Counted from the first letter of the stretch, positions 1 through 10,624 are shown. The stretch: 64,000 nt of DNA from Octopus sinensis (GCF_006345805.1 NC_043007.1:27652001-27716000); one strand, 5' to 3'. Notes: generated from the sequence alone by a model not told the origin. Numbers and translations are program-made.

Positions 1-1
1 A

Positions 2-80
<79 letters not shown>

Positions 81-101
81 TATATATACAATATATATAT
101 A

Positions 102-144
<43 letters not shown>

Positions 145-193
145 TATATTTATATATATATATGCATATGTGTATATAGCATTTACATGAATA

Positions 194-225
<32 letters not shown>

Positions 226-230
226 TCTTG
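1..230. repeat. (TA)n-rich microsatellite
   Basis: Near-pure TA dinucleotide run. Confidence 0.95.
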
Positions 231-828
231 CATCCATGTATATATGTTTATATATTCATGTGTGTATATGATGTGTGTGAGTGTTCCATGCACATATGTT
301 TATGCCACTCTAGCCTCCTCTCTCTGTATGTGCGCTGAGATTTCACGTGATTGTTGGAAATAACGAAGACTGAAAACTGCATCAGATTCGTGTATTATCA
401 CACTGTATATATTTGGAAGCCTTAACAGAAAAAGAGAATTATAAAGTGAAATGCAAGTCTCTGAAATGGAATTTACTCCTACGTGTATATGTAATTCTTC
501 TCATTCAATGACTGCCTCTTATGTGTCTTTCAATAAGTTCCTGTCGTTTTAACGCATTCATTTTATTACGTGAATGTTTTATGAAAATCTGCTTACGTCC
601 ATATTGTATGCGTATCGTGCATCAAATCATAAATACATAAAAGCAATAATGTGGAAGAACTTGTATCACACTTTGTGTCGAGCAAATGTCTGTGTGTGCA
701 TGGTTTCTTGTATTGGGTGTGTGTGTATGTATGTAGATGCACACACATTCTCACACACTCGCATATACGCGCAAATACACGCAGAAACACATACACATAC
801 ACAAACACATTTTAAATATATTATACCA

Positions 829-928
829 NNNNNNNNNNNNNNNNNNNNNNNNNNNNNNNNNNNNNNNNNNNNNNNNNNNNNNNNNNNNNNNNNNNNNNNN
901 NNNNNNNNNNNNNNNNNNNNNNNNNNNN
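829..928. other. Assembly gap (100 N)
   Basis: Run of exactly 100 N. Confidence 0.99.
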
Positions 929-998
929 CGGCCTTAGAACCTTGATTAAAAACAAAAAGAAGGAGGCGTAGAAAATGCTCGTTTTCTTGACTTGACAT
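929..998 (-). mobile_element. Mariner transposase N-terminal remnant, cut by the gap
   Basis: Minus strand MSSQENEHFLRLLLFVFNQGSKA resembles the mariner N-terminus (..NEHFRHLLLFAFNxGxKA). Confidence 0.7.
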
Positions 999-1479
999 TC
1001 CGTTTTAACGATCTGAAAATAAACAAAAATTAACTAGAAAAAAAAGATTCCAAAATTATTCAAAATTCAATTCTCGAAAAAAATAGATTTCAAAATTTAA
1101 AAACGCAATAAATAGCAAAATTTAAAAAGACGGAGGGAACTTAGTTGGCAACCCAATGATTAACATTAACATCGTAAATGCTTGGAAGTAGAACTTTATA
1201 TTTAAACGGAAGTTGGCGTATAGGTAGGTGCCGTTGGATGAAATGACCTTTAGTATATGTTCTTAGTTTGCATTGTGAGTTCAAATCCTACTAGGTTAGC
1301 GGTGGATGAATAAAGCACGTCCAACACGCAATAGATTGATAGAAATCGGAAAGTGTCGGCGGGGCGCTGTGATATCGTGGGGCATTTGTTCCTTTTTAAA
1401 TACCTTGAAATGATGATAGAAGCTAAGTCCTTCGGCTCAAGATAGTGTTGCTGCCTTTCGATTTAATGTCAGTATCATG

Positions 1480-1800
1480 GGAGTAAAGGCACGTAAATCA
1501 GCAGTTAGTAAAATCCGGCTCACGATCGTAAAATCTAGAGTTCGATTCCCCGCGGCGCCTTGTTTCGTTGTGCAATACAATTTAATTCACTTTGCTCCAG
1601 TTCTCTCATCTTGCAAATATGAGTTGCATCAGGAATTCAAAATGTTAGCCTCTTCAAATTCTATCTCACGCTGAAAATTATGGAGAACTTCGTGACTGCT
1701 ACTCGTGTTTGTGCAGTTACCGAGCCACTTGCACGTTCATTTCAAAAGTCGGCTGTTTTGCTGATCGGACTTACTGTGATACCCGTCAGGGTGACCAACA
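1480..1800 (+). mobile_element. Degenerate tRNA-derived SINE
   Basis: B-box-like GTTCGATTCC near 1538; tail GAGCCACTTGCACGTT shared with the copy at 30830-31125. Confidence 0.6.
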
Positions 1801-2334
1801 GACGACCAAGATTTAGTATCATCAAATGAAAATTTGTATTCATTGAAGAATACAAGTCCGCCCCCCCCCCCACGATCCCAACCTTCCAAGCTGCGTAAAT
1901 GCACGGCCATCATTAACTGGCAGAGGATCTAGTCCATATAAGAAAGTTCCATCGACTGATGATGATCTTTCAATTAAAACATTCGCATTGTTTTTTACTT
2001 CAGTGATCTTGTAATAACTGAAATTATGATTCGCTGTCTGATATTTATATATAAAAGCCATGGTATATCTCAAACATATTTCAAAATTATTCATGTGCAA
2101 ACGGTTACAGGGGCTACGAGAATATTACTCACTACTAATATATATATATATATATATTATTATATATATAGTGACGCATATTTGCCATTTGAATATGGCT
2201 AACCCTTAAGGGTGGATGCTACTGTAGTTTGTAGCCCCAGGAAGATATCTCCTCCAGCTGGCTATAGACACACTATCTGTGTCCTCTCAGTATCCGTGAA
2301 GGGGAGTCATCCTGCCCGTCTTCAACTCATAATA

Positions 2335-2379
2335 CACACGGACCCGAGTTTCAAGGTGTTTACCTTTCATAAGCGTGTG
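2335..2379 (-). ncRNA. Type I hammerhead motif with mutated core (CUUAUGA)
   Basis: cacacg-CTTATGA-aaggt aaac acctt-GAAA-c tcgg GTC-cgtgtg; G5 changed to U. Confidence 0.7.
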
Positions 2380-2537
2380 ACAATCATGGTTGTCGACGAG
2401 AAGTCAGCTCCCTTCACAAATACATATACTTTTTCCAGTGTCGATTGACACTGATATTGAAAAAGTGAAATCAAACAATGATAAATCTCAGAGCGAGTTA
2501 TAAACAGTAGCGGTAACACATCGTGACGCATATTTGC

Positions 2538-2578
2538 CACGCTGATGAAAGGTAAACACCTTGAAACTCGGGTCCGTG
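2538..2578 (+). ncRNA. Type I hammerhead ribozyme, canonical core
   Basis: cacg-CTGATGA-aaggt aaac acctt-GAAA-c tcgg-GTC-cgtg; helices I and II pair; GUC cleavage predicted after 2574. Confidence 0.85.
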
Positions 2579-2789
2579 TGTATTATGAGTTGAAGACGGG
2601 CAGGATGACTCCCCTTCACGGATACTGAGAGGACACAGGTAGTGTGTCTATAGCCAGCTGGAGGAGATATCTTCCTGGGGCTACAAACTACAGTAGCATC
2701 CACCCTTAAGGGTTAGCCATATTCAAATGGCAAATATGCGTCACGATGTGTTACCGCTACTGTTTATAACTCGCTCTGAGATTTATCAT

Positions 2790-2823
<34 letters not shown>

Positions 2824-2844
2824 TATATATAATATATATTATAT

Positions 2845-2986
2845 ATTTATTTTATAGAAGGAGCTTCTACAGGACTAGAAATGTGTTCTAGTCCTGTAGA
2901 AGCTCCTTCTATAAAATAAATTAATTTACTCTGCTATGTATTGAGTACCTTATTTACTGTGGTTAACCCCGACACACCCGGGACCT
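2845..2986 (+). repeat. Perfect 36-bp hairpin with a 65-nt unpaired tail, between (TA)n tracts
   Basis: 2845-2880 is the exact reverse complement of 2886-2921; loop ATGTG. Confidence 0.9.
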
Positions 2987-2988
2987 AC

Positions 2989-3021
<33 letters not shown>

Positions 3022-3041
3022 GGTGTATATATATTATATAT

Positions 3042-3075
<34 letters not shown>

Positions 3076-3216
3076 ATACATGTATATTTTTACCACCTAC
3101 CTATATCTTTGACCAATCTCCCTCCCTCTCTCTCGCTCTCTCTCGCTCTCTCTCTCTCTCTCTCGCTCTCTCTCTCTCTCTGTATGTATGTTTCTATTAT
3201 ATATATATAAACACAT

Positions 3217-3250
<34 letters not shown>

Positions 3251-4544
3251 GTATGTATGCACACGTAAACAATTTAATCAGTTTAGACTTTCAATCAGTC
3301 ATCTACGATGAAACACCTGCTTTACACATGCGAACACACGCACATACGCGTTTCCCTAAGGGGCACTACATTATCACCCTAGTAACTATTGCCTCATACC
3401 TCGTAAAACACAAACTCATGATAAAAAGCCAACTATTACATTAAACTAATAAACTAAGTACCTTCCACATTGCAACTCAACACTCATATATACCTAGCTA
3501 TATACATACTTGACTACTTATCTGCGTATATATACGTAAATACACACACACATTTTTTTTATATATTGGTAATTATCTATTTATGTATTATGTATACAAA
3601 CATTGTATACGTGTATGTGCATGAATGTTTTCGTGTATATATTATTGAACTGTAAGAGTTAAATTGAAGTGGCTTATACGACGCAGAATCAAAGACGATA
3701 TTTCGTCTCATTGGGCGTTCGCTTCATCTTTGTACATCATATATGTCGTGTGGGTTTCTATCCTCTTAATTTAAAACATATAATTATGTGTCTTCCGTAC
3801 AACCCTTGATTATTCACCAACAAATATCCGCTAAGTATAATACGTATGTATACATAAATGTGTGTGTATGTGTTTTTATGTGTGTATATATATATGTGTG
3901 TGTGTGTGTGTGTCTGTTTCTGTGTATATATGTTTGTATATATGCTTATATATGTATATGTAAGCTTACATGTATACAAATATTAATTTGTGAGTCGTAG
4001 TCAAACACATAAAATATACAAGAGGAGAAAAATATAAACTTTGGACTCAAGAGACAAACAAAAATAATTGTCACAGTTTAATTTCTCTCTCGACTTTACC
4101 CAATATATGATCTCGTATCTGTCAAAGAAATTATATTGATTAAACAAATTTCAGCATTAATATCACTACAAACTTGTACAGCATCGTTTTATTGGAACTT
4201 GGACGCGTCGTTGTTAAAACAGCGCCAGGAATAAATATAGACGTTTCTTAAGAGCCTGAGTTTTTCGCAGACAATGTTGGTAAGATGCGAGGTCTATAAT
4301 ATAATCAGATGAAAATTTTAAATGGAAGTAAAAACATATCTTTTCAGTTTGGGATTTCTGATCTTGCAGTGGTCCATTATCCACTGTTATTTCTTTCCTG
4401 ACTCAAAGACCTGCAGTTGTCGCCATTTCGCTCTGAAGAATCGGATCTCCTTTTTACTGAAATGCTCAAATATGTATGAGGGGTGTTGAAAAGTTTCTGA
4501 CTTTGTGTAAAATAAATTTATTTTGTGTAAAATAAAAATACAGG

Positions 4545-5073
4545 TTCTGTGTCCTTATATTTGTGAAGGGGAGGCAAACACTCCTACGAGCCAAGATTCA
4601 CACCTGAGGACATGCATGTTTCTGGGTCTTAACCCGTCATAATTCCCATACGGGACTGTCACGTTAAGTTGACAGTATACAACCACTCTATCGCTCCATC
4701 ACTACTCATGTCTCTTTGAGACATTTAGACATTTAATATTTCTGATTACGGTAACCAGTGAATAGATTTCACTGTAAATATATTTGTGACGGCTGGAAAG
4801 GCACCTCAATCAGCAGATCTCACTATCCTGGGCTGATGACGGGTTAAGACCCAGAAACATGCATGTCCTCAGGTGTGAATCTTGGCTGGTAGGGGTGTTT
4901 GCCTCCCCTTCACAAATATGAGGACACAGGAAGCTTTCGACGCTTCCTAGGGCTAAACAGCGGTGGTGTAATTCCCATACGGGACTGTCACGTTATGTTG
5001 ACAGTATACAACCACTCTATCGCTCCACCACCACTGATGTCTCTTTGAGACATTTAGAAATTTAATATTTCTG
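4545..5073 (+). mobile_element. HHR retrozyme-like element, family 2 (329-bp unit; inverted arm 4545-4640; TSD AAAAATACAGG)
   Basis: TAATTCCCATACGGG at 4640 and 4969; AAAAATACAGG at 4534-4544 and 5074-5084. Confidence 0.85.
4827..4873 (+). ncRNA. Type I hammerhead ribozyme with palindromic helix III
   Basis: cctggg-CTGATGA-c gggt taag accc a-GAAA-c atgcat-GTC-ctcagg; ACATGCATGT palindrome; C/A mismatch at the base of helix II. Confidence 0.8.
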
Positions 5074-5784
5074 AAAAATACAGGAGAATCACTTAATCAT
5101 TTTATTCAACACACTTATTGCAGTGCTCCTTCAGTATTTCTGAGTCCATGGAAATAACTCGAAATTTTATGCACTATTATATTTACATATTAATATTTTC
5201 TTCGTGTTAATGTGTGTGCATAAATAAATGCCCATAGATATACACATACACATCCTATATCACTGTGTATATGGTTGTGTATTCGTGAATACGTGTGCGC
5301 ACACGGGTGTGTAAAGAGTTTAAAATGTTGCAACCACGAGTGCGAGGTCACGGTTTCAATTCTCAGGGGTGTTGTGCTTTTGAGCAAAAGAATTCATATC
5401 AATATGGTCTGCTGCACTTAGCGGCAAATGGCTAACGCTGTGCAGACGGGAATTCGGTTCAGGTGGAATGCTGGCCTGTCAGAATTATCGGCGAGGAGGC
5501 ATCATTACAAAGCTACAAAAATGCTAAGAATATTTTGATCACTGGTCTATAACAGACAACATTCGATGATCTGTTTGATATCGTAATATATACATGTGTG
5601 TGTGTGTCTGCGTGTGTATGGGTCTGCGTGTGTGTGTGTGTGTGTGAGTGTGTGTGTGTATATACATGTATATACATGTATACGTATGTATATGTATATA
5701 TATATATATATTATATATATATATATATATATAATATATATAATATAATATATATATATATATACATATACATATACATATATG

Positions 5785-6060
5785 TGAGGCGCATGGCTCA
5801 GTGGTTAGAGCGTAGAGCTTACGATCGAGAGTTTGTGAGTTCGAATTCCGGACCGGGCTGCGCGTTGTGCGTCACAGGTGCCAAACTGTATCAGCCCCTT
5901 TGCATTTCCTTTGGATGACACTGGTGGCGTGGAGAGATGAGGCTGATATGCACGGGTAACTGCTGTTCATCCTAAAACATTCTTGCTCAGTGTTGTGCCT
6001 AGGAGGAGAACTTTCTAGAAGTAATAACATGGTCATTCATGACCGATAGGGGTCCTTTTT
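5785..6060 (+). mobile_element. tRNA-derived SINE
   Basis: A box TGGCTCAGTGG, B box GTTCGAATTCC; body shared with 13145-13420 (minus). Confidence 0.8.
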
Positions 6061-6569
6061 GTCTTATAAGGATATATGTGTTTGTGTGTGTGGTTGTGTG
6101 TGTGTTTACATGCATACATGTATACTTACATAGATACATCCCACATTTTGCTTTCTTTTGCAGAATAAGGAGCGGAGATATCTCTGCAGCTCCTCACAGA
6201 ACCTGTATCCAATTCGCTACCAGAATCAAGAGTACAGAATAACGATAAGCATACCTAAGCAAAGCAAATAGTAAGAAAGAAAATAGAAAAAATGTCATGA
6301 TATCTCATGGTACTTCCCAAAGAGGAATTCTAAATGTTAGGTTTCGGTTAAGAGATTCCATAAATACTATTTGTGTAATTGTGTTAATAGTCACTCTATA
6401 ACACTGGTGAACCAATTTTTGTTACTCAATAAAACGTATTAGAGTATACGTGCACTTATATCTACTACTCTCCAACTTGTAGTAGCCTTTACATTGTACT
6501 TGTCCCGCGTCCCTAGGTACACACACACAAACCCACACACCCACACACGAACACGTACACACGCCCGCG

Positions 6570-6966
6570 TATATATATCTATGTACATATGTGTATATAT
6601 ATGCATGTATATATATATACATATATATATATATACACACATATATATATACATATATATATATAAAGGTATATATATATATTTGTATAGGTATATATAT
6701 ATATGCATATATATATATGTATATATATATACATATATATATATATTTATATGTATATATATAGATGTGTGTATATATATGTTATATATATAGATGTGTG
6801 TATATATATGTATATATATGTGTGTATATATATGTATATATAGATGTGTGTATATATATGTATATATATACATACATACGTATATATATATATATATATA
6901 TATACATACATATATATATATAGATATATATATACATATATATACACATATCTATTTTATATATAC

Positions 6967-7002
<36 letters not shown>

Positions 7003-7095
7003 TATATATATATATATATGTGTATATATATGTATATATATATTATATCTATATATATATATGTATGTATATATATATATATATATATAATACGT
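6570..7095. repeat. (TA)n/(TG)n microsatellite
   Basis: Low-complexity dinucleotide tract. Confidence 0.95.
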
Positions 7096-7149
7096 ATGTA
7101 TGTATGCAGGTGTTGCAAGTCTTTCGTTGAACGATTATGCTTAAAGTTT

Positions 7150-7320
7150 ATGGGAGTGCAACAAGCAATAAATTTTCTTTGAGTGAATCTCAATAAAAAC
7201 ATCGAACGGCGACCGAAATACAGATACAGTTCGGCAAAGAAACGCAGAAACGAAGAACAAAGAGCGAAGCAAATCTCCATAGGTTGGAGCAGCAAGAATT
7301 TCGAGCATGGTTCCAAAAGA
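7150..7320 (+). mobile_element. Highly degenerate mariner transposase 5' fragment
   Basis: Broken frames give QQAINFL*VNLNKN / TATEIQIQFGKE / RAWFQK, loosely like mariner QRxxIKFxVKLxKTATE..FG..WF. Confidence 0.4.
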
Positions 7321-7489
7321 TCTGAAGCAAATAGACGACATAATGGTAGGCGAAGCAATCCTCTGGGAACTCAGTGGAATGGTTTGCAATCAACTGGTTA
7401 GAGCATAATAACTGACGCAACTTCGTCGTTCGAAACGCACAGAACATAATTAAGCAACAACCACAGCAGCAGCAGCAACCACAAAGACT

Positions 7490-7735
7490 ACCACTACTAT
7501 TGCTACTACTACTACTACTACTACTACTACTATAACTACTATAACTACTACTACTATAACTACTACTACTACTACTACTACCACCACTACTACTACTATA
7601 ACTACTACTACTACTACTACCATCACCACTACTACTACTACTACTACTACTATAACTACTACTACTACCACCATTACTACTACTACTATAACTACTACTA
7701 CTGCTACTACTACCACTACTACTACTACTACAATC
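7490..7735. repeat. (TAC)n triplet microsatellite
   Basis: Direct reading. Confidence 0.95.
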
Positions 7736-7925
7736 ATAACCAAGCTTTTGTTCTGCTATATTCACATGACACAGCTTACTTGCTGAGTGGAATATATTAA
7801 AGCAGATACATGCTTGAATACACAGAGGTATAAATACACACACACACACACACACACGCGCACACACACACTCATACACACAAACACACACACACAACAC
7901 ACACACACACACAAATACACACAGG

Positions 7926-7957
<32 letters not shown>

Positions 7958-8305
7958 TCTCTACCTACGCGCAAAAATGTTCAATGAAATTTCCAGCCTT
8001 ATACCCTTGTGTACTTATTCCATGCTTATCCTATCATAACAAAATTCATTAATATCACTTTAACCTTTTAATTTAGCTGCAAGTTGCATACTTAAATTCA
8101 TTCCAGATTTTGCTAAAAATATCAACGCGTGTATCTGGAATAGGATTAAATTTCTGAACTTATTTATTTTATCATAAAAATGCTGTGTAACCACATGTTT
8201 AATCAAATTGTGATTCGCATTAACCACCAAATGAACTTATACCTTATTCTCCCTATCTTGTAATGAGTTCAGCCAAAACATCGTAGCATGTTTCACAACG
8301 TAAAC

Positions 8306-8489
8306 CAGTGGTTTTCAACAGGCCAGGGGTTCCGCAAGAAGTTACAAAAATGCTAAAATCGACAGTAATTTTTAATTCTCCTGTGCAGAAATGTGTGCAT
8401 AAGACAATTAAATTATTGCACAGGGGTTCCTCGAGCCAGTGGAATGTTTCCTTGGGGTTCCGCTCCAGCAAAAAGGTTGAAAAACATTG
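8306..8489. mobile_element. hAT-type MITE with 8-bp TSD
   Basis: TIRs CAGTGGTTTTCAAC / GTTGAAAAACATTG; ACGTAAAC at 8298-8305 and 8490-8497. Confidence 0.9.
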
Positions 8490-8979
8490 ACGTAAACGAT
8501 TTTCAACACACGGTAACACGCTGATCTTAAAACGGAAATCACCAGTGTTCTTCGGTAAATGAATAACAAGTGCCCATTGCAAATCTCGATTGTAATCACC
8601 ACATAACTTCACTAACCCCCTAACAATTTCTATAAGCATCAAGATCCCTGATGTATATCCCGTGTCATATCATGTGATCACGTGATCGACGAGGCTATCA
8701 GATGCTCTTATATATCATTGTTCACAATGCGCTTTTGTTTTAGCGTTCGAATGATGCCACCACGCTAACTTGGCAGGCAGACTAGCACGTCTTCTTTTTA
8801 GAAAGGGTTCCAGAGTTAGCGATATACAGCGGAATGGAATGGAGATGTGGGAAATGAGGGGGCCTTACTCAAGAAGTCAGAGCAGCCAGGAATCGAACCC
8901 ACAGCCACTAGATCGTAAATGCAACACACTAAACACTAACCCTTCATATATTTTGTATTATTATGTTAATACGTAACTA

Positions 8980-9185
8980 AGGCGGTGAGCTGGCAGATTT
9001 TTTAACGCGTCGGACAAAATGCTTAGCGGCATTTCATCCTTTTTTACATTCTGAGTTTAAATTCCGCCGGAGTCGAGTTTATCTTTTCACGGTCGATGAA
9101 ATAAGTACTAGTTACGGACCGGGTTCTATGTAATCGACTTGCCCTCCTCGGGAACATTTCAGGTATTTGCCTAGAGTAGAAAGGA
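8980..9185 (+). mobile_element. SINE family A (GGCGGTGAGCTGGCAG head)
   Basis: TTCTGAGTTTAAATTCCGCC and TAAGTACTAGTT motifs shared with more than 10 other copies in the window. Confidence 0.85.
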
Positions 9186-9245
9186 TTATATTAATACATA
9201 TATTTTGTATTATATCATTGATACTTATCTTGTCCACCCAACACC

Positions 9246-9378
9246 GGAGCTGAAGACACCTCCGTCAAAACGGTAGAAGCGTAGGGGCCGAAACCGGACG
9301 TGGTTCCTCCTGATGATGTCTTGAGCTAACTTCATCCTATAAAGGAGCTCTTGTGGTAGCAGACCACGAAACACGGTT
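9246..9378 (+). ncRNA. Two tandem imperfect hammerhead-like motifs
   Basis: CTGAAGA(9250)..GAAA(9290)..GGTTC-CTCC and CTGATGA(9310)..gtggt agcag accac-GAAA(9368). Confidence 0.35.
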
Positions 9379-9499
9379 GAAATTCCCCATATATAAACAA
9401 ACGAAAAATCACAATCGAAAGGAATAGGTTGAAAAAGAATTGACTACATCCACTAAGTTGCCTACAGTGAGAAGATTACAATTAAAACATTACCCCTTT

Positions 9500-10135
9500 G
9501 TATAACTTAGATAACTTAGATTGGTTTCGGCCATTATCGGCCCAGGCCATGACTAACTCAATAGCACCACCTGGAAAAGTCTTTTAGTTAAGTATTTCGG
9601 GACACGATGGACCACTGAAGCAGAGAGTTGTTGTTGATTGAGACGTATCCAGGTGTAGGTGGTTTATGTGGTATTTCCTGGAAGAATTTGTCCAAGTACC
9701 GGTCGAAAGTTGTGGGGTTCTTTTTCTACTTTCATTTCTTTTGGGATAACATTCAAAAGTGCAGGACTATTTGCAGTGAAGAAATTGTGTCACAATGTTC
9801 TTATGTGATCTGATCTCGGCCTTTGTATGGTACGCATTATATGGGGGCCTAGTCTTGGGTGAATTGTAAGCATAATGCTAATATCATTTGGATAATATTG
9901 GTGGAATTTTTTCCACATGCTGCAAATAATGTATCACTTATAGCGGTGTTGCAGAGAATAGAGCTTCAGCTGTTTAAATTGAGCCCAATAATCAAGTCCC
10001 ATAAGGCCATTTACTTTTTTGTGATTGATCTTTGGGGGCTTCCATCCTCATTATGTCTTGTCTTTTGTAGGGGAACCACAATTGGCAGTAGTATTCGAGG
10101 TGGGGCCCAGCAAATGTGGAGAAGAGAAGAATGAT
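9500..10135 (-). pseudogene. LINE (CR1/L2-group) ORF2 C-terminus and 3' UTR, 5'-truncated and decayed
   Basis: PHLEYYCQLWFPY..QRSITKK / GLDYWAQFKQLKLYSLQ..MWKK..HPRLG / YLDKFFQEIPHKPPTPGY..NNSLL with stops and frameshifts; (TCTAAGTTA)2 tail. Confidence 0.85.
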
Positions 10136-10429
10136 GTTTACGAAATACAGCTATAAAAATTTTCAAGAAGCATATGAAATATTACTAGCAAATCTCAGTC
10201 AACTTATTCTTTTTTAATACCAAGCAGTATGCGAAATGTTAGATGAAAGCATATTTCTGCGTCACAGATTTTAAAGTAGAGGAATTTGAAGTAATTTAAA
10301 TAAATTTAAACTTAGTATGTCTAAAGCGAAAATGAATGTCTCCTTGTCTAACCGGCATTCTGGTTTTATATCTGAATTTAATTCAGTTATTCAGATACGC
10401 ATGTGTGCGTGCGCCTGCGTGTGGAGGTA

Positions 10430-10463
<34 letters not shown>

Positions 10464-10573
10464 ATATATATAATATGCTACACATATATATATATGGTGT
10501 GTGTGTGTGCGTATGCATATTTATATATGAATGTTTATGTGAATTTATGCGTGTATATATTCATGTATTTGTG

Positions 10574-10624
<51 letters not shown>

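Larger units (their letters stand above)
2171..2790 (+). mobile_element. HHR retrozyme-like element, family 1 (352-bp unit; antisense arm 2171-2539 joined to sense arm 2538-2790) in (TA)n
   Basis: GTGACGCATATTTGCCA recurs at 2171 and 2523; 2538-2744 is the reverse complement of 2171-2377; homologous to 42149-42909. Confidence 0.85.
4475..5175 (-). mobile_element. Mariner-derived MITE interrupted by the family-2 HHR element
   Basis: TATGAGGGGTGTTGAAAAGTTTCTGAC end; the two halves join to match the reverse complement of the uninterrupted copy at 36068-36286. Confidence 0.7.

Noticed and set aside
4160-4295. Apparent exon (TACAG..TTG|GTAAGA)
   Set aside because: All three frames contain stops; no homology recognised.
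5785-5860. tRNA-like sequences (also 21755-21828, 62690-62768)
   Set aside because: A/B boxes run directly into multi-copy SINE bodies with no complete cloverleaf; these are SINE heads, not tRNA genes.
6145-6260. Strong 3' splice-site-like signal at 6163
   Set aside because: Downstream frames are short and unrecognisable, and no partner exons were found.
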